Of a stretch of 64,000 nucleotides of DNA, positions 1 through 11,195 are shown in pieces (the first letter of the stretch is position 1; each line of letters begins with the position of its first letter). The position numbers and the translations under genes are program-made. The stretch covers positions 2,925 through 66,924 of the forward strand of contig JBCDHQ010000001.1 in assembly GCA_038749815.1 (NCBI GenBank), written 5' to 3'. The notes under the pieces were generated by a model. It was not told where the DNA came from and did not search any database. It saw only the letters and a list, made by a program, of their open reading frames with translations. Source of the DNA: Pseudomonadota bacterium. GTDB taxonomy: Bacteria; Pseudomonadota; Alphaproteobacteria; Rhodobacterales; Rhodobacteraceae.

Positions 1-1
1 G

Positions 2-3000
2 ACGCGGCTCTCCGGCCGAGGTCTCGAGGCCCGGATCGAGGGCGACGTCGACGACGGCGTCTTCGACGGCCGTGTCGAGGCCGCCATTGTCACGCTCACG
101 CCCTTCTCCGGGATCGTGGGGCGCGACATCGCGGGCGCCCTCTCCTTTGCGGCGACCGGCCAGGTCGAGCCGCTCGCGCGGACGTTCGATCTGGTTCTGT
201 CGGGGGAGGCGGGCGACTTCCAGCTCGGCGATCCCCGCCTCGATGGCCTCCTCTCCGGCGAGACCACTCTCGCCGGCCGGATCGCGCGCACGGCGGATGG
301 CGTGCGCGCCACGGGCTTCCGGCTCGGCAATGCGCAGGCGGAAGTGACGCTCGACGGGGTCTACGCAACCGCTGCCACCGATATGGGTCTCGCGGCCCGC
401 CTGTCAGAGGTTGGTCTGCTGACATCGGACGCCACCGGCGCCGTGGCCTTCGACCTCAATCTTGTCAGCCTTGGCGACGATCTCGGCATTTCGGGCCGGA
501 TCACCCAACCCGAAGGCACGATCGGTGGGCAACCGCTGCGTGCCGCTGAACTCAGCCTCGACGGAACCCTCGCTGTCGACGGGACGTTCGCGGGGCAGAT
601 CGACGGGGCCGCCGATCTCGCCACCGAGCGCGCGCGCCTGTCCGCAGCCATTGCGATCAGCGAGGAACTCCGCCTTCTGCGCGACCTCCGCTTCAGCTTT
701 GCAGGCACTGTGGCCGACGGGACCATCGGCCAGGGCGGCGACGGCCTCGTCGCAGGCCGCGTGCGCCTCCAGTCCCCGGATCTGTCGGCCGTCGCCGCCC
801 TTGCGGCGCTGGAGCTCGAGGGCGAAGGCGCGTTCGACATCATCCTGTCGCGCCGACGCGGCACGCAGCGCGCGACCATCACCGGCACTGTGGCAGGGCT
901 CAACGTCGCCGACATCGCCCTCGATCAGGCGCGCGTGGATCTCGACATCGTCGATCTGCTGGGCGTGCCCCTCGCTGCCGGCCAAACGGAGCTGGCGGGC
1001 CTCTCGGTTGGCGGGTTCGGGGTGACGCGAGCCGAGGTCGAGGCCGTCCGGCGCGAGGACGCCCGCATGGACCTGACCGCGCTCGCGCAACTCGATCTCG
1101 GGACCGAAATCGCGCTTGCGGGCGGGATCGAGACACTCTCCGATGGCGTCCGCATCGGCCTTGAGCGATTGGAGATCGCGCAACTCGGCCGCGTGGCGCG
1201 GCTCCTCGCCCCTTCGGCGGTGACGGTCCGCGGCGAAACTGTGACGCTCGACCCGCTCGCGCTCGACATCGATGGCGGTCGGCTCACGGCGGCGGGCGGG
1301 CTGACCCCGGACTGGGAGGCCGCGCTCGACATGGAGGCGCTGCCCCTCGACATCGCGGACCTCGTTGCGCCGGATCTGGGTGTGGACGGCCGGGTCTCCG
1401 GCACAGCGCGGATCACGGGGGCCCGCGAGGCACCCGATCTCGAGGTCTCGCTGGCCGCGCGGGACGTGCGGGCTGCCCCGACAACGGCCCTCGGGCTGCC
1501 GCCGCTCGATCTCGACGCCGAAGGGCGCACCGCCGGCGCCGGCGTCGACCTCCGCGCGGCGCTTCGCGGCGGCTCGGACCTCGCAGCGGACCTCGTCGGA
1601 CAAGTGCCCTTCGATCTCGCCGACCCGGTTTCGCTCGCCCTCGATCTCACCCGCCTCGACATCCGGATCCTCGATGCCGTCGCGGGCAACCTGGGGCTGC
1701 AAGGTGTGGTCACCGGGAGGGCCGATGTCTCCGGACCCGCATCCGCGCCCGTTGTGGAGTTCGACATCGCCTCATCCGGCCTGACCTCAGAAGCCGTGCG
1801 CGAGGCCGGCCTCAGCGCCGTGACGATCGGGGCTGAGGGGCGGTTCGAAGACGACACCGTCATCCTCTCGGACGTGACGGCGCAATCGGGCGGTGCACGT
1901 GCGGCTGTGGCGGGGGAAGTCCGCCTTGCACGCGAAGAGCTCGACCTCGCCTTCGACCTCGCCCTTCCCCTGGCGCTCGCCAACCCGTTCCTGGCACGTC
2001 AGGCCGTCCAGGTCTCCGGCACGCTCACCGCCGGCGGACGGGTCGCCGGTCCGTTCCGCGGGCCGGCGATCAACGGGCGGATCTCGGCGGCGGGCGCAAC
2101 GCTTGTCGATCCGCTCCGCAACCTCCGGATTGACGGCATCGCCCTGGCGGCCCGTCTCGCTGGGCGCGAACTCCTGATCTCGGAGCTCTCGGGCACGGTC
2201 GCTGCAGGCGGGCAGGTCTCCGGGTCCGGGCGCGTCGGGCTCGACCGCGGTCTGCCGGCGGATCTGGACCTCCGGCTCGAGAACGTCCGCTTCACCGATG
2301 GCGAGATCATCGACACCGTTGCCTCGGGCGAGATCTTCGTCACCGGCCCGATCACCGCCCAACCGCTCGTCTCCGGCGACATCCGGATCGGCACCACCGA
2401 GATCGCGATCCCGTCGAGCTTTGGGATCCGCGAGGGCGTCCTCCTCGACGTGGCGCACCAGAACCTTCCCGCCGATGTCGAGCTGACGCTCGATCGGGCG
2501 GGCCTGCGCGAAGAGCCGGGCGCGCGTCCAGGGCGCGCCGGCACGCGCGGCGTCCGGCTCGACATCGCGATCTCCGCCCCCCAACCGGATGTTTGTGCGC
2601 GGCCGCGGGCTCGACGCCGAGATGGGGGGCGACCTCCGGGTTCGCGGGACGACTGGCGATCTCGCACCCCAAGGCCAGATTGAGCTCATCCGCGGCCGGA
2701 TCGGCATTCTTGGCCAGCGGATCGACTTCACCGAAGGCGCGATCACGGCAACGGGCGATGTCAATGTGCGCCTGCGGCTCGTCGCCGAGACCGAAGTCGA
2801 CGACACGCAGATCACCCTCATCGTTCAGGGGCGCGCCACCGATCCGGAGCTTGTGCTGACCTCCTCACCGTCCCTCCCCGAAGACGAGATCCTGGCGCTT
2901 CTCATCTTCCGACGCGAGCTTGCAACGCTCTCGCCCCTCCAGGTGGCACAACTGGCGTCGGCCGCTGCGACGCTCACCGGGCAGGGCGGCGGCGGGCTTG

Positions 3001-3245
3001 TCAGCCAGTTCCGCTCCGGCGCCGGGCTCTCGAACCTCGATGTCACCACCGGGGACGAAGGCGAGGTCGGCGTGCGCGCGGGGGCCTATCTCTCGGAGAA
3101 CGTCTATCTGGATCTTGAGGCGGAATCGGACGGCGATGCCCGTGCAACGATCAACATCGACATCACGCGGACACTCCGTGGCCGTGTCTCGGTCGATAAC
3201 GATGGCGAAGGGCAGGTTGGGATATTCTATGAGCGGGATTACTGA
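2..3245 (+). CDS. tamB: Translocation/assembly module TamB (DUF490 C-terminus); 5' end lies outside the window; single +1 frameshift at about 2577-2582
   Basis: Gly/Leu/Asp-rich beta-taco-like repeats run in the frame open from nt 2 to 2683. The DUF490-type C-terminus (MFVRGRGLDAEMGG...VRAGAYLSENVYLD...GIFYERDY) is in ORF 2589-3245. Removing one C from GCCCCCCAACC joins them as ISAP-NRMFVRGRG. Confidence 0.85.
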
Positions 3246-3254
3246 GGACCCGCA

Positions 3255-4205
3255 ATGCCGCTCAACCCGACTGTCACGATCACCGACCTTGTGCTCGACC
3301 GAGATGCCTTCGGGCTCGCAGATTGGCGGGCGGTCGTCCTGCGCACAGCGGGTGAGATCGGGGCCCGCAACCTCTCGATGATGGCCGCAGCGATCGCATT
3401 CTTTGCGATGCTGGCGCTCTTCCCCGGTCTCGCCGCGACCGTGTCGCTCTACGGCTACTTCGCCGACCCCAGCGATGTCGGGGAGACGCTCGCGCTTCTC
3501 CGTCCGCTTCTGCCGGAGGGCACGTACACGCTCGTCGATGCCCGCGTGACGCATTTGGTGACCGAGGCGCGCGGCGAGCTCGGCGTCGCCTCCCTCATCG
3601 GTGTCGCGCTTGCAAGTTGGAGTGCGCGCGCCGGCGTCAACGCGCTGGTCGCATCGCTGACAGCGATCTGCCGCGAGCGCGACACGCGGAACTTCATCTG
3701 GGGGATGGCGGTCAGCTACGGGCTAACGCTGATGCTGATCCTCGTCACCGTGGTCGCGCTCGCCATGCTGGTCGTGATCCCGGCGGGCCTGACGCTCGCC
3801 GGGGTCTCGATGCAACCCGTGGTCACTGCCCTCCGCTGGGGGGTGGCGTTTCTGGCGATTGCGGCGGGGATTGCGGCGGTCTACCGCTTCGGGCCGAGCC
3901 GGCGGACGCCGCTTCCCTGGATCACGGCGGGCTCCATCCTCTCGACCATCCTCTGGGTCGCAATGTCGGCGGCCTTTGCCCGCTATGTCGGGAGCTTCGC
4001 CAACTACAACGAAGTCTACGGGCCCCTCGGCGCCGGCGTCGCCACACTGATGTGGTTCTACCTCACAGCCTTCGTCGTCCTCCTCGGCGCGCTCCTCAAT
4101 GCCGAGATCGAGCGCTATGCGATTGAAATCATAGCCCGGCGTCGGCCCGACCTGTTGCTTCGAAACGACCCGCTGGTGCGCGAGATGACCGGTGTTGGGC
4201 GCTGA
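3255..4205 (+). CDS. YihY/virulence factor BrkB family inner membrane protein
   Basis: Multi-TM ORF with AAAIAFFAMLALFP, YRFGP and YNEVYGPLGAGVATLMWFYL motifs typical of YihY. Confidence 0.9.
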   Translation: MPLNPTVTITDLVLDRDAFGLADWRAVVLRTAGEIGARNLSMMAAAIAFFAMLALFPGLAATVSLYGYFADPSDVGETLALLRPLLPEGTYTLVDARVTHLVTEARGELGVASLIGVALASWSARAGVNALVASLTAICRERDTRNFIWGMAVSYGLTLMLILVTVVALAMLVVIPAGLTLAGVSMQPVVTALRWGVAFLAIAAGIAAVYRFGPSRRTPLPWITAGSILSTILWVAMSAAFARYVGSFANYNEVYGPLGAGVATLMWFYLTAFVVLLGALLNAEIERYAIEIIARRRPDLLLRNDPLVREMTGVGR

Positions 4206-4242
4206 CGCTGGACAAGTGCAGCCCCGCTCGTAATGTCCCGAC

Positions 4243-4956
4243 ATGGTCACATACGACGGAAATCTCAATCCAATCTACCCTGAGCATACGTTTCTGGGGC
4301 AGATTTCGCCTGAAACGAAGGCAGAGTTGGAGCGCTTGTGGACGCCGACCCGCTACAGCGCCAAACAAATCGTGCTTTCGACGGAAGAAACCAGCCTGGA
4401 TGTCCTCTTCCTCTTGGAGGGGGACGTTCGGGTGGCCAATTATTCGCCGAAGGGCCGCGAGGTCCTCTTCAGCAATATCGAGGAGGGTGACTGCTTCGGT
4501 GAATTTGCCGTGATCGACGGCGCACCTCGGTCTGCCAATGTCCAGGCAACGACGGCCTGCCGTATGGCCCGTGTCGGCGAGGGGCCGTTTCGCGAGATGC
4601 TGGCCCGCCGGCCCGATATGTCGATGGCGATCATGCGCCGGCTGGTCGCAAAACTGAGGGAGATGACGCAGCGAGTGTCCGACTTCACCGCGCTCCGCGC
4701 CGATGACCGGATCCGTCTTGAGTTCGTGCGGATGTTTCGCGCCGTTCAACGCTCGGATGGCAGCGCTCTGATCGACCGACCGCCGACCCAAGCTGAGCTC
4801 GCCGCGCGGGTGTTCACCAATCGGGAGGCCGTGGCGCGCGAAGTGGGGCAGATGCGCAAGCGTGGGCTCCTCGACAAGGAGGGGCGCGCGATGATCGTGC
4901 CCTCGGTCGACGCGCTTGAGGCCTATCAGATTGAGCGTGCGAACCGCGAAGAGTAG
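4243..4956 (+). CDS. Crp/Fnr family transcriptional regulator
   Basis: cNMP-binding motif GDCFGEFAVIDGAPRSANV and C-terminal HTH PTQAELAARVFTNREAVAR. Confidence 0.9.
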   Translation: MVTYDGNLNPIYPEHTFLGQISPETKAELERLWTPTRYSAKQIVLSTEETSLDVLFLLEGDVRVANYSPKGREVLFSNIEEGDCFGEFAVIDGAPRSANVQATTACRMARVGEGPFREMLARRPDMSMAIMRRLVAKLREMTQRVSDFTALRADDRIRLEFVRMFRAVQRSDGSALIDRPPTQAELAARVFTNREAVAREVGQMRKRGLLDKEGRAMIVPSVDALEAYQIERANREE

Positions 4957-4962
4957 GCGCGC

Positions 4963-5754
4963 CTAGGCCCGCTCGAACACGACACGTCCTGCGTCGAACC
5001 GGCCGAGCGTCAGCACACCTGTCTGCCAGGCGCCCGTGTCGATCGAGGCTGTCTCCCCGACGATCTCAGGCGCCTCGGTGACGGTGTGGCCTGCCACCGA
5101 CCAAAGCCGCCGCCCATCGCTCGCCCGCCAGATCCGCGTGTTGGCCCCCTTCCCCCAGAGCAGGGTGTCGGGCTGCTGATCCGCCGGGCCGCGGCGGGTC
5201 GTGCGCCCGGCATGGCTGAGAAAGAGGTTGCCGCTCCGATCCGCGAGCGGGCGGGTCATCAGGAACCCGCGCGTCTCCTCCGGCATCGCGATCGAGAGCG
5301 CCGTGGCGAGCCGACTGAGCTCCCGCGGTGCGGCATCGGGCCCTGGATTGTCGAGGCCATAGCTTTCGAGCGTTGCCCCCCCGCCATGGCGCAGCCAGCG
5401 CCGCCCTTCTTCGGGCCGGTCCAGAAAGGCGCCAAGCATCGCCTCGTGATTGCCCGCAAGGGCCACCACCGGCAGGTCTCGCGCGACGAGATGACGGAGA
5501 TAGGCCAGCACGCCCGCGCTCTCCGGTCCCCGGTCGATGTAGTCTCCGAGGAGCACAATCCGCCCGCCGCTCGCCTGCGCCCAGCCCAGCACCCGCGTGA
5601 GGGCGCGGTCGAGCAAGTCGAGCCGCCCATGCACGTCGCCAATCGCGCAGATCGGCGCCGACGGCGCGAGGCCCGGTGCGGCATGCGCCTCGTCCCAGGG
5701 CGCGCCGTCCGCGTCAGTTGAGGTAGTAGTGCGACCGCGCGCGTACACCGCCAT
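4963..5754 (-). CDS. Metallophosphoesterase, PPP/PrpA-like Ser/Thr/Tyr protein phosphatase (start uncertain)
   Basis: Motifs GDVHG, LGDYIDRG, GNHE, SHAG, GHT and IDTGA. ATG at 5754 chosen instead of the ORF-track start. Confidence 0.85.
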   Translation of the reverse strand: MAVYARGRTTTSTDADGAPWDEAHAAPGLAPSAPICAIGDVHGRLDLLDRALTRVLGWAQASGGRIVLLGDYIDRGPESAGVLAYLRHLVARDLPVVALAGNHEAMLGAFLDRPEEGRRWLRHGGGATLESYGLDNPGPDAAPRELSRLATALSIAMPEETRGFLMTRPLADRSGNLFLSHAGRTTRRGPADQQPDTLLWGKGANTRIWRASDGRRLWSVAGHTVTEAPEIVGETASIDTGAWQTGVLTLGRFDAGRVVFERA

Positions 5755-7186
5755 AGCTGTCCCCCAGTCCGTCCCGCTCGAGCTGCTGTTGGTCAATGCG
5801 GTTGAGCACGATGCCCGCGGGCTCTGCCCCCACTTGGCGAAGCTCCTCGAGCCCGCGTGTGACCTGCGCCCGGTGGGTCCGCTCCCACCTGACAATATAG
5901 AGGAGCGCGTCGGCCTGCGGCGCAACGATCCGCGCATCCGGGACGAGCAACACGGGCGGCGTATCGATCACGACGCAGTCATACACGGACCGCGCTTCCT
6001 CCAAAAATCTCTGAAACCGACCGGTGGCGAGGATGTCAGCAGCGTTGGTCGACGCAGCCTCGCCCAAAAGAATGTCGAAGCTGTGCCCGTCCGGCCGGCG
6101 CACCGCGGCCTCGAGCGGCAGGAGATCGGCCAGAACCGACAGAATGCCCGGCCCCGGCTCGAGCTCGAACATATGTGCAAAGCTCTGCCGCCGGATGTCG
6201 GCCTCGATCAACAGGACCCGACGTCCCCAGCGCGCCATCGTCTGCGCCAGGAGAGCCGCCGCCGTCGATTTCCCCTCCTCCGGGACCGAGGATGTCACAA
6301 CCACAACCCGTGGATCGCGGCCCGGGCCGCCGAGAAGGATCGATGTCCGAAGCCCCCTCACAGCCTCCGAAAGATGGGAGGCAGGCTTGCGGCTGACGGT
6401 CTCCACGGGCGGGCGCCGCCGCTCCCCCGAACTTGGCAGACGGCCGAGGACCGGGAGGCCGGTCTCGCCCTCGACCTCCTCCGGCGTCCGAAAGCCCGTG
6501 CGACCGACCTCGCGCAGGAGGGTTGCCGCAGCGGGCAAAAGAAAGCCGATCAGGCCGAGCGCCAGCGCCCAAGGCCCAAAGGGCCGGAGTGGATTGGGCA
6601 CCAGAGGCGCGTCCGCCCGCGCCACAACCGACAAGGGCGGCACGCTTGTTAGCCCAGCCCGGAGCGCCAGATGCGCATCGAGGACGGCGTTTGCAATCCG
6701 CTCGCTGAGGTCCGGATCCGGCGTCACCGCGGCGAGGCGAAGGAGATGCGTGCCGCGATCGATGCCGACGTTGAGCGCCCGGTGCAGAGCCGCCTCCCGC
6801 GCCACGACCGGGTCGGTGCCCACATCCGCCACCGCAGGGCTCACAACGAGGCTGCGCATCGCGCCGACGACGGCGTCCAGTGCCGGCGGCTGCGCGATCT
6901 GGTCTGGCTCCACCTCAAGGCTGTGCGCGACCTCCCTCAGCACCGGGTGGGAGGTCAGGAGGGCAACCTCCGTCGCAAGGTCCTCAGCCCCATCGATCCC
7001 GGGACTGAGGCGCACCAAGGCCTCCGCTTGCCACACTGTCGGACCGGCGGCGCCGATCAGCGCCCCGAGGCCAAGGCCCGCGAAACCGGCTGCAGTGCAG
7101 AGCATCCACTGGAGGCGGATCCAACGGACCCAGCGCCATCGCGCCCCAGCGCCAGAGACCACACGTCTCATGCTGCCCTCCTCCAT
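5714..7186 (-). CDS. Compact Wzc/CpsD-CapB-type bacterial tyrosine kinase / polysaccharide chain-length regulator
   Basis: Two TM segments, SEAVRGLRTSI, Walker A SSVPEEGKST, Walker A' LIEADIRR, Walker B VVIDTPP, and a C-terminal Tyr cluster (SYGG...HYYLN). Confidence 0.88.
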   Translation of the reverse strand: MEEGSMRRVVSGAGARWRWVRWIRLQWMLCTAAGFAGLGLGALIGAAGPTVWQAEALVRLSPGIDGAEDLATEVALLTSHPVLREVAHSLEVEPDQIAQPPALDAVVGAMRSLVVSPAVADVGTDPVVAREAALHRALNVGIDRGTHLLRLAAVTPDPDLSERIANAVLDAHLALRAGLTSVPPLSVVARADAPLVPNPLRPFGPWALALGLIGFLLPAAATLLREVGRTGFRTPEEVEGETGLPVLGRLPSSGERRRPPVETVSRKPASHLSEAVRGLRTSILLGGPGRDPRVVVVTSSVPEEGKSTAAALLAQTMARWGRRVLLIEADIRRQSFAHMFELEPGPGILSVLADLLPLEAAVRRPDGHSFDILLGEAASTNAADILATGRFQRFLEEARSVYDCVVIDTPPVLLVPDARIVAPQADALLYIVRWERTHRAQVTRGLEELRQVGAEPAGIVLNRIDQQQLERDGLGDSYGGVRARSHYYLN

Positions 7187-7415
7187 GTGAGCCTAGGTTT
7201 CAACAAGATCGCCACGAACTTTCGTCCAAGACGGCAGAGTGTTGACTAAAGTTGTCAGATCAAGCGGTTAAAAAAGGCTTACGCCCTGATCGCCACCGGT
7301 CGGTTGGGCCTTTGCAATAGGCCCACTTTGCCTAAAATGCGTGCCAGCAGACGAAGGCCGTGGGCGTCGACGTTGAGGCTGGCAAAGCCAACGCCCATTC
7401 GGTATCCCACCCAGA

Positions 7416-7492
7416 GGCCCCGTGGCTCAACTGGATAGAGCAGTCCCCTCCTAAGGGACAGGTTGCAGGTTCGAACCCTGCCGGGGTCGCCA
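7416..7492 (+). tRNA. tRNA-Arg (anticodon CCT)
   Basis: Cloverleaf with GGCCCCG/CGGGGTC acceptor stem, anticodon arm GTCCC-CTCCTAA-GGGAC, T-loop GGTTCGAA and encoded CCA. Confidence 0.96.
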
Positions 7493-8329
7493 ATACGTCC
7501 TGAAACATGCGACCTATACAAAGGCAGGTCTTCACTCGGGTGCGGCGGACGGCGTCTGCTTTTCTGCCAAATTCACCGAACGTGAGTGAAGTCTCGTGTA
7601 AAGCCTGTGAAAATCTCGCACCGCTGGTTGGAGCCATCCGATTAGCTGACAGGCTGCAAACGCGTGCGTGGGGCGGCGGCTTCGGAATGCAACGGGCAAG
7701 CACACCATGATCCTGTCCTTTGGGGACAAGTCCTCCAAACCATCCCGAGCCTTCTACGCGCGAACGCGCGGCGGGCGGAGATGAAGCGCGTCGGAAAACT
7801 CCAGACACTTGTCCGTGCGGAGGGGCTGCGCGTGCCATCAGAGTGGCGCTGGACGAGGACTTTACGCCGCTTGCGACACGACGCAGGCCGGAGGAGCCCG
7901 CATGACGGAGCGCGCGGGCTCTACCAGCCCCAATGTCAGCTTCTCGGGCACCTGGTTCCAGTCTGCACGATGGCATGCACGCGTCGAGAGCACCCCAAAA
8001 GGGGCGACGACCATCGAAGGCACAGGACTCGGAGAGGCGGACACGCCTCACAAACCGGATCACGGATCGACATCCCGTTTGCCGCCATATCCCGACCAGT
8101 CAAATCGACGCCCCGACACACCCGCTCAGTCGACATCGAGGAGTGGGGTGCGGCGGGTTTTGGCATCAAGCGGTGGGAGGCGCAGCTTAAATCCGCAATC
8201 GGCATTGACATCCCTGAAGGAAGACGGTCGGCGGCCTGTTCCGACGCTCTCGGATACCGGGAATTGGGCCGGGGCAGGGATGGGGACCGCCCTTAGCCCT
8301 GTCGGAAGCCCCCGGATCTGGAGGCCGCC

Positions 8330-8760
8330 GTGCCGGACCTCCGCGCGAGAGAGAAGGCCCCGGCCCTGCAGGACTGTGCCATGGACGCGTCCTTGCACAA
8401 GCCGCTTCGGAGATCCAAGACCGCGCGCCTCGGCGTTGGAGCACGGCCTCCGTGCAAGCCCCCCGGGCCGCGCGGACGTGCCCGTCCGCCTGCGCCGCGA
8501 CACCGGTCTGGCCCTAACGTCTCGCGCCGACACTGGCCATCTTCGCAGCCATGCGCTGCAGTCGGCGTTCCTCACACCTCACTCTCTTCAGCGGCCCCGG
8601 ATGATGGAGCGCCCCATCCGATCGCAAAAGGAGCTGTGCGCTCACCGCCAAAAACCCCGGAACCAGCCGTTCGACCGGCCTGGTCGCAGATCCACACTCC
8701 CCCGGTCGCGCCACGCGGGCCTTCGGGATCGCGATGAGCTGCGCTCACCCGGCAGCCTGC
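8330..8760 (+). mobile_element. Eroded IS3-family transposase (integrase core) relic
   Basis: Translation SALEHGL...RLRRDTGLALTSR...LRSHALQSAFLTPHSLQRPRMMERPIRSQKELCAHR resembles IS3 OrfB (LRSDNGLVFTSR...YGLKQEFITPHCPQQNGMVERVIRTLKEQCVHR). Bounds approximate. Confidence 0.65.
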
Positions 8761-8885
8761 GCGTTGAGCCCGTGTGTTTGCCTCGAAGGCGCCCGCCCAT
8801 CCAAGCTGTCCGACAACGTGCCGTCCGATACCACCCGCGCCTGACCGCTGCTGCTCAGCCGCCGCAATCTGTCGGACCCTTCAGG

Positions 8886-10067
8886 TTACTTCGCGTCTCC
8901 CACCCGCCGTCTCTTGAGCTGATACGTGTCCAGACCGAGAATGAGGGCCGCTGCGACGGCGAACGCACAGCCTGTGAACACGACCGTCCGAAAGTCGGTT
9001 GCTTCAGCGACGAGGCCGGCCGTCGGCCCGGCAACCATGAGTGTCAGCATCATCGTGTTCCAGTAAAGCGCGGTCGCGTGGGCCGGTCTGTCCGCCGACA
9101 GGGATTGCACAAAACTGATCGCGAGCGTTGAAAAGAGCCCGAAATACAACCCTTCCAATGCCGCGCCGAACAGCATGTGCGGGATGGACTGCACCGTCGC
9201 GAGGACGAGAATGGCCGCGATTGCAATCTGTGTGGTGCCCATCAGCGACACGCGCAGACCGAAGGTTCGAATGAGAAAGGGCGTCGTGAAGATCGCGAAG
9301 AGCTCTACAAAGGTCTTCAGACTGAAGGCCATACCCGGGGCGTAACCGGGCAGCCCGACGTCTTGTACGAAGAAAACCGGGAGGGCTGTGAACGTCAGCG
9401 AGTGCGCCATGGCAAGGCAGAACACAAAGAGGACGGCCGCCCGGAGGCCCGGGTTTCTCTTTGGTGCTGAGGTCTCTGACCTGGACGGGGGCGAGGGGCT
9501 CACCGCCGCGTCCCTTGGGGTCGTCCACCACCACACAGCAAGCCAGAGAAGGCTTGTCGCGAAGGCCGTCTGAAAGACCGCAGCGCCTCCGAACCGATCC
9601 GCGATCCCATAGCACAGCGCGGGCCCGACCATCCAAGATGTGGACGTCGTTGCGCGCATGTAGGCGTTGAACGTGCCGCGCGGTGTCCCCGTGCGGTCGG
9701 CAAGGACCGCGCCCAGCGAGAACATCGTCGCCATAGCGCTGGAGCCGATGCCGAACCCGATCACTCCCGCCGTCGCAACAGTGAGGAACCCAGGCGACAG
9801 AGACAGCGCGCAGGATGCCGCAGAGAAGCCTATGGCTGCGAGCCCGATCATCGCGAACGGATTTCCACCGGCGTCCAGCCGTCTTGCGATCACTCGGTTG
9901 GACAGAATGACCACCAACGCAAAGACACCCGTATAGAGGCTTATGCTGCTCGGTGCGCGGCCAAGGTCTTGGACAATGTAATAGCCCATGAACGAGACAG
10001 CCATGGAGTTACAAACGGTTCCGACAAAGAGGAGAAGGAGAAAGGCGAGCGAGGGTGAGCGGGTCAT
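8886..10067 (-). CDS. MFS transporter, sugar efflux transporter (SetA/B)-like
   Basis: About 12 hydrophobic segments; FNAYMRATTSTSWMVGP resembles the SET family. Confidence 0.85.
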   Translation of the reverse strand: MTRSPSLAFLLLLFVGTVCNSMAVSFMGYYIVQDLGRAPSSISLYTGVFALVVILSNRVIARRLDAGGNPFAMIGLAAIGFSAASCALSLSPGFLTVATAGVIGFGIGSSAMATMFSLGAVLADRTGTPRGTFNAYMRATTSTSWMVGPALCYGIADRFGGAAVFQTAFATSLLWLAVWWWTTPRDAAVSPSPPSRSETSAPKRNPGLRAAVLFVFCLAMAHSLTFTALPVFFVQDVGLPGYAPGMAFSLKTFVELFAIFTTPFLIRTFGLRVSLMGTTQIAIAAILVLATVQSIPHMLFGAALEGLYFGLFSTLAISFVQSLSADRPAHATALYWNTMMLTLMVAGPTAGLVAEATDFRTVVFTGCAFAVAAALILGLDTYQLKRRRVGDAK

Positions 10068-10133
10068 GCAGACCCAGACTAGGCACGATTGTTCGGTTGC
10101 AGAACGACACGATATGAAACACTCATTTCACTC

Positions 10134-10961
10134 ATGAGCGAAAGAGAGGGTGTCCTTGGATCCGTTCGGTGGGACGATCTGGCCGCATTCCTGGCGGTGG
10201 CCCGGGCGGGTGGCCTCGCGGCCGCAACCAGAAGCGCTGCGCAGAGCGCGCCAACGCTTGGACGGCGAATGCGGGAGCTTGAGCGCGCCATCGGTCGCGA
10301 GCTCTTCGTGCGCCGCAGTCATGGCTACGACCTGACCGATGCGGGCGTCGCCCTGTTGCGGGAAGTGGAGGAGGTCGCGCGACGGATCTCGCATGCAACA
10401 GCCGGACCGACGGACGGTGGCCTGCCGCTGATCAAGGTGTCGGCCGGCACCTGGACATCGCTCGCGCTCGCTCGGCAGTGGCAGGCCATCGTGGGCGATC
10501 CGGCCGATGTCAGACTGCGGTTCGTCTCGTCCGAGGCGGTGCTCAGCCTCAACCGGAGAGAGGCGTCGATCGCCGTTCGCAATCGCCGGCCCACTGAACA
10601 GGGGCTTGCGGGACGAAAGCTTGGGCGGAACGAGTTTTCCGTCTACTCAGCCCCTGGCGCGCCCGATCGCTGGATCCTCCACCGTGTCGACACGCCCTCG
10701 TCCCGTTGGGCCAAGGCGCAAGCCGCGCAAGACATGTCCCATGAGGTCAGCCACCCGCGGCTTGCCCTCGATTTGGCGCTCGCCGGGGCGGGCCGGATCG
10801 TCCTGCCGACATTCATCGGTGATCAAGAACCAACGCTGGAGCGGCGCCGCGCGCCAATCCCTGAGTTGTCGCATGACGCCTGGCTTGTGGCGCACGACGA
10901 CGACCGACACCTCCCAGACATACGCCGCGTCATCGACCGCATCGCGGAGCTGCGTTCATGA
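10134..10961 (+). CDS. LysR family transcriptional regulator, divergent from the MFS gene
   Basis: N-terminal WDDLAAFLAVARAGGLAAA...PTLGRRMRELE...LFVR...YDLTDAG HTH. Confidence 0.92.
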   Translation: MSEREGVLGSVRWDDLAAFLAVARAGGLAAATRSAAQSAPTLGRRMRELERAIGRELFVRRSHGYDLTDAGVALLREVEEVARRISHATAGPTDGGLPLIKVSAGTWTSLALARQWQAIVGDPADVRLRFVSSEAVLSLNRREASIAVRNRRPTEQGLAGRKLGRNEFSVYSAPGAPDRWILHRVDTPSSRWAKAQAAQDMSHEVSHPRLALDLALAGAGRIVLPTFIGDQEPTLERRRAPIPELSHDAWLVAHDDDRHLPDIRRVIDRIAELRS

Positions 10962-11195
10962 CGTCGCGTGGACGCCTGGCCTTCGTTGAGACCGGACGCA
11001 CCGCAAAAGAGCCCAAGCGTACAAGGAACGCTGCCGGCCGCCCTCCGGATGTTGAACGTCATATGGCTCTTTGCACCGCAGCAGGAGACGCAGACATCTG
11101 GACAAAAAGATGTAACGCTGGGGTGAGCTGAGTCGTCACTCTGACAGCTCGGCGATCTCACCCCAGAGCCTTGCACGCCATAGCGGAGGTCCACC

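Noticed and set aside
7500-8300. Expected integrase or att site next to tRNA-Arg
   Set aside because: No tyrosine or serine recombinase motifs recognisable in any frame; only unidentifiable fragments
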